In this document: in pieces, positions 9,145 through 19,608 of the stretch
How positions within the stretch are numbered: the first letter of the stretch is position 1
Layout: each line of letters opens with the position of its first letter
Source of the DNA: an uncultured bacterium
GTDB taxonomy: Bacteria > Babelota > Babeliae > Babelales > Babelaceae
Reading direction: 5' to 3'
NCBI GenBank assembly: GCA_963819815.1
Contig: CAWFXL010000001.1
Coordinates: forward strand, 384,001 to 448,000
DNA length: 64,000 nt
Position numbers and translations under genes: made by a program
Notes under the pieces: generated by a model
Seen by the model: the letters and a program-made list of their open reading frames with translations, nothing else
The model's database searches: none
What the model was told of the DNA's origin: nothing

Positions 9145-12100
9145 TTATAGCTCTGTTGAGCCATCGGGCAGTATCCGGTCGTTATCGATCTTCCTTTTTT
9201 TTGCGGAAGGTCCATCAGTACCGGATGCCATAAGCTCTTGTTCGGCAAGGGCATTTTTAGTTTGATCTTTTGCTGCTTGTTTAAGTACATTATAGCGCGC
9301 ATCAAGACCCTCCTTAATAATATCTCCTAACTTAGACTCTATTCCATCAAGCCTTTTAAGTGCATAAATTCTCTTCTGCTCTTCTAATGCACCTAACCTC
9401 GTGCGAGTTTTCTGTAAGAGGGGCTGAAGTCGTTCTAGTAAATATCCTATAGCTCCAAATTCCCTTGCGTCCTTAATCAGTTGGAAGATAGTTACAAGTT
9501 TACGCAGAGTTGTGTAAGGGTCTTGCTTCGGGTTTTGGTACGAATTCAATTGAGATAACTCTAATGCAGGAAATAAAGCTTTTTTACCCAACAGATGCAT
9601 AAACATGCATATAACATCATTGGTAATACCTCGTTTCTTTCCTGTTGCCCGGTCAGCTGTAGATTCATCGGAGAGCAGAATGGACGCAATAACATAGGGA
9701 CTAAAGGTGAAGCACTCTCCATTGCTGTCATGGCCCCCTAACACTCTTATCACCTCAAAAACACGTGCACTTGATTCTTTAAATTCCCTCATTGTTGGCA
9801 CATAGCACCAAAAGCATTGTTTAATAAGTATTTCAGGGATGTTTTCCCAAAGAAAGCACGTTATTGCCGTACTCAAGGGTGTATCCTTTTCAGAATCCTC
9901 TGCATCTATATGTGCCCCATACTGAAGCAGACAGTTTACCTTTTGAGTAAGCTCATAACCACTCAATTGTTTCATAACTGCTAGAAGCGGCGTCATCTGA
10001 GTTGCACTGCTTCTTGAGTTTATGCGAGCTCCCCGATCTAACAGAACCTTCATGGTATTAGCAGATCGTGCTAGATGTAGAGGTGTGTAACCTGCGGAAT
10101 CACGTGTTTCAGTGTCAGCTTTATAGTCAAGCAAAATTTCAGCTGATTCTGCACTCCCTACTTTTGAAGCAAGGAGTAGTGGAGTCCCAAATTCCTCGGT
10201 TTTGTATTCTATGTTAGTCCCAGCCTTAAGTAAGGCCTTTACGGCTTCAGGGTTACGCAACTGGGCTGCACTTTGGAGTAAACTCCTCTTGTTAACTACA
10301 AAAGCTTTATTTGCCCCATTGTGTATAAGCAGGTCTATACCTTGTGGACTATTAAATGCTACCGCAATGAAGAGAGCTCTATCAAGGGCTGCTTGTGGCA
10401 ATCGTACACTCTCCAAAACTGATTCTAAAACCAAGAGCTCTTCGGCCAAGATCTCCATGTCTATTAAAGAAAAACTGTCAGGTAATAAAGCCCCACGGCA
10501 AAGCAGGTCAACCACGGTATCTTCAAGGAAATAATCATCAGGCCATCTAATACCATCGAGTCTTTGCTCTATCAAATGATCGATTACTGTTTTGTTGTCC
10601 TTATCTTTTCTATTTAAATCAGCTTCAGCTGCTACTAATTGCTTTATATTAGCATAGGTGGGGATGAGTGTTGCAGCCTCATGGAGGGGTGTTCGACCAT
10701 CTTTATCTTGTGCATTAACATCGGCTCCATGCTTTATAAGGGACACTGCAAACTTTAAATTAGAACTGGGTCCAGCAATAGCTTCATGCAAAGCTGTTCT
10801 TCCTTGAGCGTTACGATAATTAACATTCGCCTTACATTTCTCAATAAGTGGTATATTAAACTGCGGAGCAATCATGAGAGGAGTCAAACCATCGACAATT
10901 TCTTCATCAGCCATTGCCGATTCAGAAAGCAACTCAATACAGGGTCCCAGATCAACGTCTTCAGCATAGTTGCCTTCATGAAGCCAAAAAAATATTTCCG
11001 CAAATGGTGTTCGACCTTCTTCATTTTTAACATCCGGATCTGCACCTCTCCCAAGTAGAAGCTTCATGAGGCTGCCTGAGGCCACTTTCGCAGCTGCATG
11101 TAACATCGTTGAACCGTCATAGCTCTGAGCATTGCAGTCTGCGCCTTCATCAAGTAGAGTTTCCGCAAGTGCTTCATTTCTTGCATAAAGAGCCATTTCA
11201 AGAAGCCTCATAGAGTTAAATTCTAGTTCAATAGTGATGCCATGTGCTAAAAGGCATTGTACAAATTCATGCTCTCTGCCTTGGATGCCACGACTGACCT
11301 CAGGGTCAAAATCACACGCAGCAGCATCAAACATCGTTGAACAAAACTTTCGTGCATTTGTTTCGATTCTTTTTTTTACCGCGAGCCACTCACTTGTTGT
11401 GGATACCGTCTTTTGCTGGCCATCATTTGTCTTATCAGATTGGATGACCTTTTTTGCACTTGGATCCAGTAGCGAACTTGCCTGATGAGTGAGGTGTGAA
11501 ACTGGTTCCTGAACTCTCTGAGTCTGAGCAATCACTTCATCAATCAAGTGACCATACGTATGCTCTACAAAGTGAGGCTCACTTACCGCAAAAGCATTTG
11601 AAGGCAGCCCTGCATTCATGGATCGAGTCAAGGCAGTAATAAGCAATGACCTTATGTCTGAATGCGTTCTTGCAATCGAAGAAAGTGTACTCTTTAAGAA
11701 ACTTCGAATCGTAAGGTCAATGGTATCTTGTACCCCTTTTTGTAAAGCGAGCCTCAAAGGACTCGTGCCCGTCCTATCTTGAATATCTGTGCGGGCCCCA
11801 TGATCAAGTAATAGCATTATTGCGGGATTAGTATCTTGTAGGAGCGCACAATGGAGCGCCGTTTTACCTGAATCATCCTGTACATTAACAGCTGCTCCTC
11901 GATCAAGCAGTGCTTGTACACAGTCGCCATGTCCATGCGCAGCTGCAAAGAACAGTGCAGTTCTTCCATCCGTTGAACGACCTTCAATCTGAGCTCCGCA
12001 CCTCAAGAGAGATGCTACAGAAGATGTACGGTCCAAACTCGCAGCTAAAGCAAGTGGTTTCATACCCTGTGCATCCTCAGCCTCTTTACAAGCGCCATGT

Positions 12101-12882
12101 GTGAGAAGAACATCAACTAACTCACCATAATCAAAGACAATCGCATGATGTAAAAGTCGAAGCTGCGTGTGAGCAATAATAGTCTCGGGATTTGCATTTT
12201 GAATGAGAAGAAGTTCAGCAGCAGATTTTTGGTTAAAACGAACGGCTGTAGCAAGGGCTTGATTCTTTACATCCAGAGTGCAAAGGTTCAAAACTCCACT
12301 TACGTGAGCTATCTCTCTATGGGTTAACATCCATCTAAGGCCTGCGAGACTGCCAGTTGCCGCGGCAATGGTAAGCGGTGATGGCCGACCTTCAGTATCT
12401 TCTAATTCTGCTACACGGGCACCACATGCGTGCAAGGTCTTCAATAATTTTGCTGAAGGGCGATGACTATTAAATGCACAGCGTAATGCCGTCGCTCCCC
12501 CTATATCTCGTACCTGAAGATTCGCACCCTGTGAGAGTAAAAGCTTTATAACGTCACTATGGTCGCGTAAAATTGCTATTTGAAGGGGCGTACTTTTTGT
12601 TGTATTTCCATCTTGAGTATCTCTATGCGCACCATGTTCAAGAAGTATTTTAACAACGTCGACGAAACCATTATATGCAGCCCAGTGAAGCGGGGTATAA
12701 CCCTGAGCATCTGGTCGATTAACGCCCACGGAATCGGTAGAAAGCAATTTGATTTTGGATATATCGCCGGTTTGAGCAGCAACAAAAAATTCTTGAGAAG
12801 TAGTATCTATCACTTGAATTGATTCAGAGGACCATAGGACACTAGACAGACTTATAAATCCTAAAAGTATTATTTTTTGCAC
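9145..12882 (-). CDS. Large secreted ankyrin-repeat protein (two ankyrin arrays, unknown C-terminal domain, NLS-like tail)
   Basis: Many TPLH/TALH ankyrin repeats, signal peptide, C-terminal PSAKKRK. Confidence 0.9.
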   Translation of the reverse strand: MQKIILLGFISLSSVLWSSESIQVIDTTSQEFFVAAQTGDISKIKLLSTDSVGVNRPDAQGYTPLHWAAYNGFVDVVKILLEHGAHRDTQDGNTTKSTPLQIAILRDHSDVIKLLLSQGANLQVRDIGGATALRCAFNSHRPSAKLLKTLHACGARVAELEDTEGRPSPLTIAAATGSLAGLRWMLTHREIAHVSGVLNLCTLDVKNQALATAVRFNQKSAAELLLIQNANPETIIAHTQLRLLHHAIVFDYGELVDVLLTHGACKEAEDAQGMKPLALAASLDRTSSVASLLRCGAQIEGRSTDGRTALFFAAAHGHGDCVQALLDRGAAVNVQDDSGKTALHCALLQDTNPAIMLLLDHGARTDIQDRTGTSPLRLALQKGVQDTIDLTIRSFLKSTLSSIARTHSDIRSLLITALTRSMNAGLPSNAFAVSEPHFVEHTYGHLIDEVIAQTQRVQEPVSHLTHQASSLLDPSAKKVIQSDKTNDGQQKTVSTTSEWLAVKKRIETNARKFCSTMFDAAACDFDPEVSRGIQGREHEFVQCLLAHGITIELEFNSMRLLEMALYARNEALAETLLDEGADCNAQSYDGSTMLHAAAKVASGSLMKLLLGRGADPDVKNEEGRTPFAEIFFWLHEGNYAEDVDLGPCIELLSESAMADEEIVDGLTPLMIAPQFNIPLIEKCKANVNYRNAQGRTALHEAIAGPSSNLKFAVSLIKHGADVNAQDKDGRTPLHEAATLIPTYANIKQLVAAEADLNRKDKDNKTVIDHLIEQRLDGIRWPDDYFLEDTVVDLLCRGALLPDSFSLIDMEILAEELLVLESVLESVRLPQAALDRALFIAVAFNSPQGIDLLIHNGANKAFVVNKRSLLQSAAQLRNPEAVKALLKAGTNIEYKTEEFGTPLLLASKVGSAESAEILLDYKADTETRDSAGYTPLHLARSANTMKVLLDRGARINSRSSATQMTPLLAVMKQLSGYELTQKVNCLLQYGAHIDAEDSEKDTPLSTAITCFLWENIPEILIKQCFWCYVPTMREFKESSARVFEVIRVLGGHDSNGECFTFSPYVIASILLSDESTADRATGKKRGITNDVICMFMHLLGKKALFPALELSQLNSYQNPKQDPYTTLRKLVTIFQLIKDAREFGAIGYLLERLQPLLQKTRTRLGALEEQKRIYALKRLDGIESKLGDIIKEGLDARYNVLKQAAKDQTKNALAEQELMASGTDGPSAKKRKIDNDRILPDGSTEL

Positions 12883-12898
12883 CAGAATCCTCTTAAAG

Positions 12899-12938
12899 AA
12901 TGAGTAGAGTATGCTACCAATGAGTAGAGTATGCTACC
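12899..12938. repeat. Perfect 20-bp tandem duplication upstream of the large ankyrin gene
   Basis: AATGAGTAGAGTATGCTACC x2. Confidence 0.95.
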
Positions 12939-13309
12939 GTTGTGCCCCATATTACAATTTGATTGTAATATTTTTTCAAAAAATTGTCAACGCAACATTA
13001 TTACAGCGAGGCGAGGCTCTGCGGTCATTCTGTGGAGTGCTAGAGGCTTTGAGTTCACCTTTTCTGACACCAAAGCATCTATAGTTAAACGGTCCTTTGT
13101 TAAAAGACGTTAAACTTTTTGTAAGGTACAGATTCTCACTGAGATATTCTTTTCCACCTTATTTTGCGTAAATGCACGCCTAGTGCGATATATTCAGAAA
13201 GCTCTTCTTTTATACAAGACCTTTTCCTTACACGTGGTCCCACTTTGCCAAATATTTTCTTTGGGTTATACTATTAAGCATAAGTAACTACTATTGAGAG
13301 GAATAATCT

Positions 13310-14344
13310 ATGAAAAATCATCCTATGTACCTACTTGCCAGTACTGTCTTGGTTTGCACTATCTCTTGTACTGCCTATGAAGGGCAGTCTCATTATTACC
13401 GCCAGGGCCTAGAATTTGGAAAATTGCTTATCGAAGAAAATCTTCAGTCAGATACATCAAGGGTCCAGAATAATGGCCTACTTGCATTACCTGGTATTCT
13501 TTCGGGTGGAGACGTCAATACAGAGGCTTATAAAGCTGCCTTTTCTGAATACAAAGACTATTATAGAGGTCTGTATGACTACCTGAGCAGCAATAGCCCA
13601 AGTGATAGTACGAAGGAAGACTTGATGTATCAGAAAATCAACCTGTATGAGAAAATGGCACATGCAATTGCTAATGCGCCTGATATTGAAGCAGCCCGTT
13701 GCGCTAGCACGCAAATCATTACAAATGCCATGAATGATGCAAAAGAAGCTCTGCACATTGTTAAAAGGGAGTTGCACAAGCTAGGTCAATTTAATCTTAC
13801 TGTTAATGCAAAAGATATACACTATCAAGAAGGGTATGCCATTGGAAAACAGACCAATAGCTTGAAGGCTACCGAAGCACAAGGCAAACCCACGAGTAAT
13901 GGAGAGCGCGCACTCAAACAAAGAATAGAAAAGTTTGACGCAAGCATAAGTCAGGTTTCTTCGGCGTCTAAGATGCATGCTTCCTGGCAGTATCTCAATG
14001 GCGTGAAAAAGGCCTTTGAAGAATGTGATATTGAGGCCCTCATTACACGCTATAAACCTTCTCCTAGCATAGCAGCAGAAATGCGAGCCAATTATGAGCA
14101 AGCACTTCATCGAATACAAAGCTCTTATGTAGCCTTTACCAATATGAAGGTAGGACTTGATGAATTAAGCATAGCTCTTGAAGATGTCCTTAAGGATTTA
14201 AACGATCCTGAAATACTTGAAGTCTCATCACTTGATCAACTCGGTACAAAGACTAAAGGACTATCTGATATCCTTGAAAAAGTTAAAAAGAACGGGTATT
14301 CCGCCTTCTATTACATGCAGGTGCATCTATTGCTGTCTAACTAG
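13310..14344 (+). CDS. Secreted helical hypothetical protein
   Basis: 344-aa ORF, GAGAGG RBS, signal-peptide-like N-terminus; HYYRQGLEFGK / HYQEGYAIGK suggests an internal two-fold repeat. Confidence 0.75.
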   Translation: MKNHPMYLLASTVLVCTISCTAYEGQSHYYRQGLEFGKLLIEENLQSDTSRVQNNGLLALPGILSGGDVNTEAYKAAFSEYKDYYRGLYDYLSSNSPSDSTKEDLMYQKINLYEKMAHAIANAPDIEAARCASTQIITNAMNDAKEALHIVKRELHKLGQFNLTVNAKDIHYQEGYAIGKQTNSLKATEAQGKPTSNGERALKQRIEKFDASISQVSSASKMHASWQYLNGVKKAFEECDIEALITRYKPSPSIAAEMRANYEQALHRIQSSYVAFTNMKVGLDELSIALEDVLKDLNDPEILEVSSLDQLGTKTKGLSDILEKVKKNGYSAFYYMQVHLLLSN

Positions 14345-14489
14345 CAGTTTTTTCTTTTTTAAGAGACTACATCGCCCCTTTTTCTTTCTGAGGAAGAAAA
14401 AGGGGCTTTTGCTCACATCCTTAAAGGGTGATAAAATATTATATAATTATACAAATAAGAATTACGTGGACAAGTTAAAGGGGACCCAC

Positions 14490-15537
14490 ATGAAAAAAAT
14501 GTTTTGTGTCTTCGCTGCTCTAACTGTTATGAGTACATTTGGAGTACAAGAGGACACAGCTGCCCTTAAAAATGCTCTTAAAGCCATCCATAGGTGTGAC
14601 CCCGATGCTGTGCTATGCGAGGTAACAAAGCTTGCTGAAACGTGTTCGCCTACTTCGCTGCAAATACACCTTAAAATGCTCCTCGGTGAAATCGATGAGG
14701 CTATTATGGCGAACAAAATGAAGGGCAATCCTCGGTATCACGAACAGCATGCTCTTGGTATAAACCTTTTAGTATGGGGCTGTACAGCGATAGGTTGCGG
14801 TTTCTATTTGGATTCAAAGTGCAGTGTTGGACCCAATAAATCCCTCCGCTAGGGGAATTGCTGCAGCTTTCATCGGCACGGGGATACTGGGTGCCTGCTA
14901 TGGGGCAATGCTTAGGAGCTTGAAGTCAATAGACACCAAGAAAGCTCAGGCGATCAAAGACTATCTTGAATATGAATTAAAGGAACTAGCAAACCCTCCA
15001 ACACTGGCAATCTCAAGTGACACTTACGGAATTCCAGATACGATACTACAAGAAGTTGCAGCCGCTCATTCTCTGAGCGACCTGAGCCAAGAGTCACAAA
15101 GGGCACTATATTCAAAGGACTTTCCATTGGAAGTGCTCAGTTCTGATCTCAGGAAAGAAATCGATTCTCTAGATCTTTATAAAGACATACTCCTTGCTAT
15201 AGTCACCCAAAATACGGATGCTATTGCCAACCAAGTAGCCCTGGGGATCGATCTTAACGCAAAGACCAATTTTACCTATAGCTTTCTTACCTTTGCAGTT
15301 GATAATGGAGTTATCGACAGTGTACGCGAATTGATTAAACAAGGTGCACAGGTTTCAATGCCAGATGAGTTCGGACGAACTCCACTTCACTATGCCGTTA
15401 GTCGTAAAGATAAGCCTATGGTAGCTCTTCTTCTTGAAGCTGGGGCTGACCCTAATCTGCCTGATCGCAAAGGCACCATACCACTGATGCCTCACAAAGC
15501 GGCATCATTACCTCATAAGTATACAACTAAGAATTAA
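14490..15537 (+). pseudogene. Secreted two-TM-hairpin protein with C-terminal ankyrin repeats, frameshifted by one extra base at ~14842-14847
   Basis: Aligns with tandem paralog 15547..16140 on both sides of the shift (AAA TCC CTC C GCT AGG GGA vs AAA TTC CTG GCG AGG GGA); ankyrin GRTPLHYAV in the second frame. Confidence 0.85.
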
Positions 15538-15546
15538 GGAACTCAC

Positions 15547-16140
15547 ATGAAAAAGATATATATTGTCTTCGCCGCTCTAACTGTTATGAGCACTTTTGGC
15601 GTAAAAAAAGATGAACCTGTCACCTCTGAAAATGAGCCCCAGGTCATCAAAAGAATCGACCTCATTCGGAATAACGGAAGAAAAAGAGTTGAACCCGTTG
15701 CCTTTACAAATGCTCAAAAAGCTATTCGTAGGTGTGACCTCGATGCAGTGCAATGCGAGGTTGCAAAGCTTGCTGAAACGTGTCCGCCTGCTTCGCTGAA
15801 AGGACACCTTGAAACGCTTCTAGGTAAAATCGACGATGCTATTATGGGGAACAAGTATGCAGGCGATCCACAGTTTGAAGAACAGCATGCTCTTGGTACA
15901 AAGCTCTTAATAGCTGGCGCTGCAGGGTTAGCAGGAGGTTTCATTGTAGGTAAAAAGGGTACCAGTTTTGGACTTCATAAATTCCTGGCGAGGGGACTTG
16001 CAGCGGTTCTCGTAGGTACTGGGATAATGGGCGCCTACCTTGGCGCAATTCTTAGGAGCTTGCAACCAATGGATACCGAAAAAGCCCAGGCGATTAAGGC
16101 TTATCTTGAGAAGGAGTTAGCAAGCCTTCCGCGCACATAA
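15547..16140 (+). CDS. Secreted/membrane protein with two-TM hydrophobic hairpin (tandem paralog of 14490..15537, no ankyrins)
   Basis: Signal peptide nearly identical to the upstream gene; two Gly/Ala-rich hydrophobic segments. Confidence 0.85.
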   Translation: MKKIYIVFAALTVMSTFGVKKDEPVTSENEPQVIKRIDLIRNNGRKRVEPVAFTNAQKAIRRCDLDAVQCEVAKLAETCPPASLKGHLETLLGKIDDAIMGNKYAGDPQFEEQHALGTKLLIAGAAGLAGGFIVGKKGTSFGLHKFLARGLAAVLVGTGIMGAYLGAILRSLQPMDTEKAQAIKAYLEKELASLPRT

Positions 16141-16375
16141 GGTTATAGCTGGGGCATCAAACAATCCTTGCTGAAAAGAGCTATTAGACAATCATCTTCT
16201 ATCAGGCATGCCAACTAAATCAAGCATTCTTTCTCTCTTTGTCATATGCAGTAATTGGAATCTACGAAAATATCAAATCCCCCAGTGGATATTTGCTCTA
16301 GTTAAAAAGTACCATACTGGAGATTCATGAGGAAACTCAAGGAAATGTAGCTTGGTCTCACATTTTTTCTCATCC

Positions 16376-16404
16376 TTGTGAGCAAACCAAAAGCACTATA
16401 TACT
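16376..16404 (+). promoter_or_regulatory. Sigma70-like promoter of DUF5674 module copy 2
   Basis: TTGTGA-N17-TATACT. Confidence 0.55.
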
Positions 16405-16441
16405 TAAGACGATCATTAATATCCTTGACCCAGAGAGCTCT

Positions 16442-16786
16442 ATGAAGATCGTCCTACATACCATTTCAAATGGGGAACTGTCAGAAATGTCTGAAAAAAT
16501 GTTCGAACGTTTAGTCAAAGCAGTGATTGACGTAGAACGGAAAATTATGGCCGTTGATGCTGGTATGCACGCAGACGAGGAATTTTTATTACTTGAAAAT
16601 GGGTCGGAACAACATAATTTATGGGGAATTAACTTGCATCCTGATAAATTTGGATCTGATGAATTTATTGTATTTGATTCTATGATTAATATACGTCCGC
16701 GCCAAGGGAATCGAAGTCGTGGTGTCGATAATCCCGAAGTTCAGAAACTTATAATAAGTATTGTACATAAATTAGTTACCGCATGA
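16442..16786 (+). CDS. DUF5674-like protein
   Basis: LVKAVIDVERKIMAVDAGMHADEEFLLLENGSEQHNLWGINL...FDSMINIRPRQGNRSRGV; family assignment is from memory. Confidence 0.8.
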   Translation: MKIVLHTISNGELSEMSEKMFERLVKAVIDVERKIMAVDAGMHADEEFLLLENGSEQHNLWGINLHPDKFGSDEFIVFDSMINIRPRQGNRSRGVDNPEVQKLIISIVHKLVTA

Positions 16787-17118
16787 TTCACAAAGACTTA
16801 TCACCTGAAAGGTGGTTTCAATTCACGCTTTTCGAGCAACTGGCAAATGTCGGCTGTGACATCTCTCGAGCCATTCAATGGCGTAAAAAGGGTGATTCTG
16901 ATTATGCAAATCGATCATTTGATAGGGCACTGGAACTCTTAGATCTGACTATACGTGATCCAAAGAATAAAGGCGGTACACTCAAAGAATTAGTACGAAC
17001 CCGAGAGGCTCTCATAGACTATTTTTTGTTTGATAATGTGTATAACACTTCCGACGAAATCTGGCATGACTATTTTCTCGACTTTAACTTTGCAGCAGCA
17101 ATCGCTAAGGGAAAATAA
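16783..17118 (+). CDS. Conserved small helical hypothetical protein, partner of the DUF5674-like gene (copy 2)
   Basis: ATGA overlap with the upstream gene; paralog of 8611..8946. Confidence 0.85.
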   Translation: MIHKDLSPERWFQFTLFEQLANVGCDISRAIQWRKKGDSDYANRSFDRALELLDLTIRDPKNKGGTLKELVRTREALIDYFLFDNVYNTSDEIWHDYFLDFNFAAAIAKGK

Positions 17119-17119
17119 A

Positions 17120-17277
17120 TTAACATACTCGCCCAGGAATAAATTCCGGGGATTCTGGGATCAAACAGCGATAGCCAACAAGGTTGGCCTTACATCACCT
17201 AACCCAAGAGTTGATGCCCCAACTCGCTCGATATTTTTCTCAGCATTACAGTCTCTATCATGAGTGGTTCTACACAG
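17120..17277 (-). mobile_element. tnpB: IS200/IS605-family tnpB 3' end plus right-end relic (copy A)
   Basis: Reverse complement closely matches 28653..28790. Minus strand reads LCRTTHDRDCNAEKNIERVGASTLGLGDVRPTLLAIAV*, then the subterminal hairpin and a TTAA end. Confidence 0.85.
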
Positions 17278-17299
17278 ATAAATCACTCAGCACACAGGC

Positions 17300-17463
17300 A
17301 AGGCTGCTCTGGCACTATACGGACGACTGGTAATACTCAGATTAGAAACATACTTATTGAGGCTGGAGCTGATGTAACCGCTCGTTCAAACCTTGGCAAT
17401 AAAGCATTAATTTCGTCTACAAAACAACAATCTACGGATGAGATAGAAATGTCCGCGTTTTAA
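17300..17463 (+). pseudogene. Ankyrin-repeat gene remnant
   Basis: GNTQIRNILIEAGADVTARSNLGNKAL, with no proper 5' end; adjoins the IS relic. Confidence 0.6.
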
Positions 17464-17545
17464 CGCACTAGAAGCAGTCCATTTTTAACTCCAAGACCTT
17501 CTTTTTTTCCTAGTAAAAAGAAGCAGCCTAAAGGCCTCCAGAAGT

Positions 17546-17983
17546 TCAATCTTTAATTGTCTCTTCTACATAATAGTTAGAACTTTGAATATGGGCAATG
17601 ATCCTTCCATGACGCGGTAAAATATTGGAAGGGATGTCATTCAGCGAGAACCAAGAAACATGACTATGCTTATGTGGCTCTTTATTGTATGGATCGCCAG
17701 ACCATGTATCCACTCGGAATACAAAAACAATACAGGGCCTGGTAATGCCCTCAAAATACATTACATGGACCAGTGGAGTTTCACCAGCAATGCTTATCCC
17801 AAGCTCTTCTTCGAGCTCTCTTTTGAGAGCCTGTGAAGGAGTTTCATCTGCTTCTATCTTACCACCTGGTAATGCATAGCAGTTGCTAAAGACGGTAGTA
17901 TTCTCACGAAAGAGTAATAACACAGAACCATCCTTGACAAGATAGCCAAGCACATAGGGTAAGACAGTAAATGTATCCTGCAA
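17546..17983 (-). CDS. NUDIX hydrolase
   Basis: Nudix box GGKIEADETPSQALKRELEEELG; NKEPHKH. Confidence 0.92.
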   Translation of the reverse strand: MQDTFTVLPYVLGYLVKDGSVLLLFRENTTVFSNCYALPGGKIEADETPSQALKRELEEELGISIAGETPLVHVMYFEGITRPCIVFVFRVDTWSGDPYNKEPHKHSHVSWFSLNDIPSNILPRHGRIIAHIQSSNYYVEETIKD

Positions 17984-18060
17984 GCTCCATCCTCAAATTC
18001 TTACGTTCATATTTTTTAGCGACCTTATGAGCAAAGCTCTCTTGCGAAGGAAAAGTCCTA

Positions 18061-18453
18061 TTATTTTTTCGTCTTAGGATCAAACTCATCAAGTCCTTTC
18101 CGAACTTTCGAAGTCATCCTAAGAAATAAAAAGACCACCCATGCGATTAATAAAAAATTAAAAACGGCTTGGATAAACGCTCCATAAGCGATGTGCGCGG
18201 GTCCAACTTTAAGGACCAAACTTCTGATATTCGCCCCAAACACAGCACTTATGCACGGCATGAGAATGTCATCAACTATTGAATGTATTATGGCTGTAAC
18301 TGAAGCTCCCATTACTAGAGCACTTGCCAAATCAACTGCATGACTTCGCGTTAGAAACTCCTTAAAATCATGCGCAACGGAAATCGATGTATCTTTCAGA
18401 TGATCCAATGACATTTCCTTATGAATCTTGTTGGTGTGTTTAATCATAGCCAT
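18061..18453 (-). CDS. mscL: Large-conductance mechanosensitive channel MscL
   Basis: DFKEFLTRSHAVDLASALVMGA...SIVDDILMP...YGAFIQAVFNFLLIAWVVF. Confidence 0.88.
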   Translation of the reverse strand: MAMIKHTNKIHKEMSLDHLKDTSISVAHDFKEFLTRSHAVDLASALVMGASVTAIIHSIVDDILMPCISAVFGANIRSLVLKVGPAHIAYGAFIQAVFNFLLIAWVVFLFLRMTSKVRKGLDEFDPKTKK

Positions 18454-19080
18454 GGTTTTCTCCTTATAGGTTAAAGCCTCTGAGTAGAGCTTTAAAAAAA
18501 TTAGGAAATTATCATCATTCTTTTAAGTAAAGCCCTCACTCCGGGCATCGAACTTATGAGCAGCATTTCAAAGTAACTTTTTTGTATTTTGTGGAGGGAT
18601 ATTTCCTATTTTTCATGATTTGCCATCGTGCCTCCTTTGCAGCTCTTAATATACTAGTTGAGTAATCCTTAAGAAGTCTTTGCCGGATGTGCTATAGCAT
18701 CATCTGATGATTCTAATACTGCCTTTATTTATGTCAAGTTCTGTTTAAAGGCTTCTGAATCAACGAAAAAGGCTTTTCCTCAGCATCTCAAAAGCATGAT
18801 AGTTAACAATCAAAAGAAACCATCAAAGAATTGATCGGATAGTCTTTGGCGCAGCGTATCGAATTGCAGTTCTTGCTCCAGTAAATATTTCCTCCCACTA
18901 CCAAATTTCACTCCCACATCTGATAGAGTTAGCGCACTCGGAAATGTGTAAGGTGGCAGGCATACTCCTCTAATAGACTGGACACACAGATCAGTGTGTA
19001 GTACATTAAAATAAGCAATAAAAATTGGCAAATGCTGCAACGAGCTGTGGCTCTGTTACAGCTAACCCAAAGGAGATCTC

Positions 19081-19590
19081 ATGATCAAACTTATGCTCAC
19101 GGCAACATTGCTTGTGTCCTCATTCATATATGCAGACTGGATCGATGATATTTCGCAGCATGCTCATGGAACAAAAATTGATATTCCGGCAGCCATCAAG
19201 ATAATAAAGGGATATATTCGGCAGGATACCAAGGACATAATTAATCATAGTATACAGCTTATTTGGCCACATAAGAAGGGTATCGTTTCAACTGTTCGAG
19301 CAGGAGCTACAGCAATAAAAGAAAGCATTGCAGAAAAACGACGTGATCATCATAAAAAAGTATTGAAATTTCTTAGCTCTCTCTCGAATAATGAGCGCGA
19401 TAGAGAGAAATTCGCTGAGCAGCTCTCCCTTATCAGAGTCACCGCTAAGGAGCTCACCAAATTGAAAAAACAGAGCTCAAAAACAGCTACTCTTAATGAT
19501 GTTGTCAAAAATACGAGCGAAATAGCTGCTAAAGAACTGTATATTCAAGGCTTAAAAGCAAGGATACAAGGCTCATTTCTATTAAGTTAA
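19081..19590 (+). CDS. Secreted basic helical hypothetical protein
   Basis: AAGGAG RBS, signal peptide ending IYA. Confidence 0.75.
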   Translation: MIKLMLTATLLVSSFIYADWIDDISQHAHGTKIDIPAAIKIIKGYIRQDTKDIINHSIQLIWPHKKGIVSTVRAGATAIKESIAEKRRDHHKKVLKFLSSLSNNERDREKFAEQLSLIRVTAKELTKLKKQSSKTATLNDVVKNTSEIAAKELYIQGLKARIQGSFLLS

Positions 19591-19608
19591 GCTTGAGCAA
19601 GTTACTTG

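Noticed and set aside
10202..12822. Several short ORFs nested in the large ankyrin gene (and similar shadow ORFs elsewhere)
   Set aside because: Antisense or alternate-frame shadows with no recognisable motifs
14217..14489. N-terminal extension of the 211-aa ORF
   Set aside because: It overlaps the upstream gene and intergenic DNA; the paralog and RBS place the start at 14490
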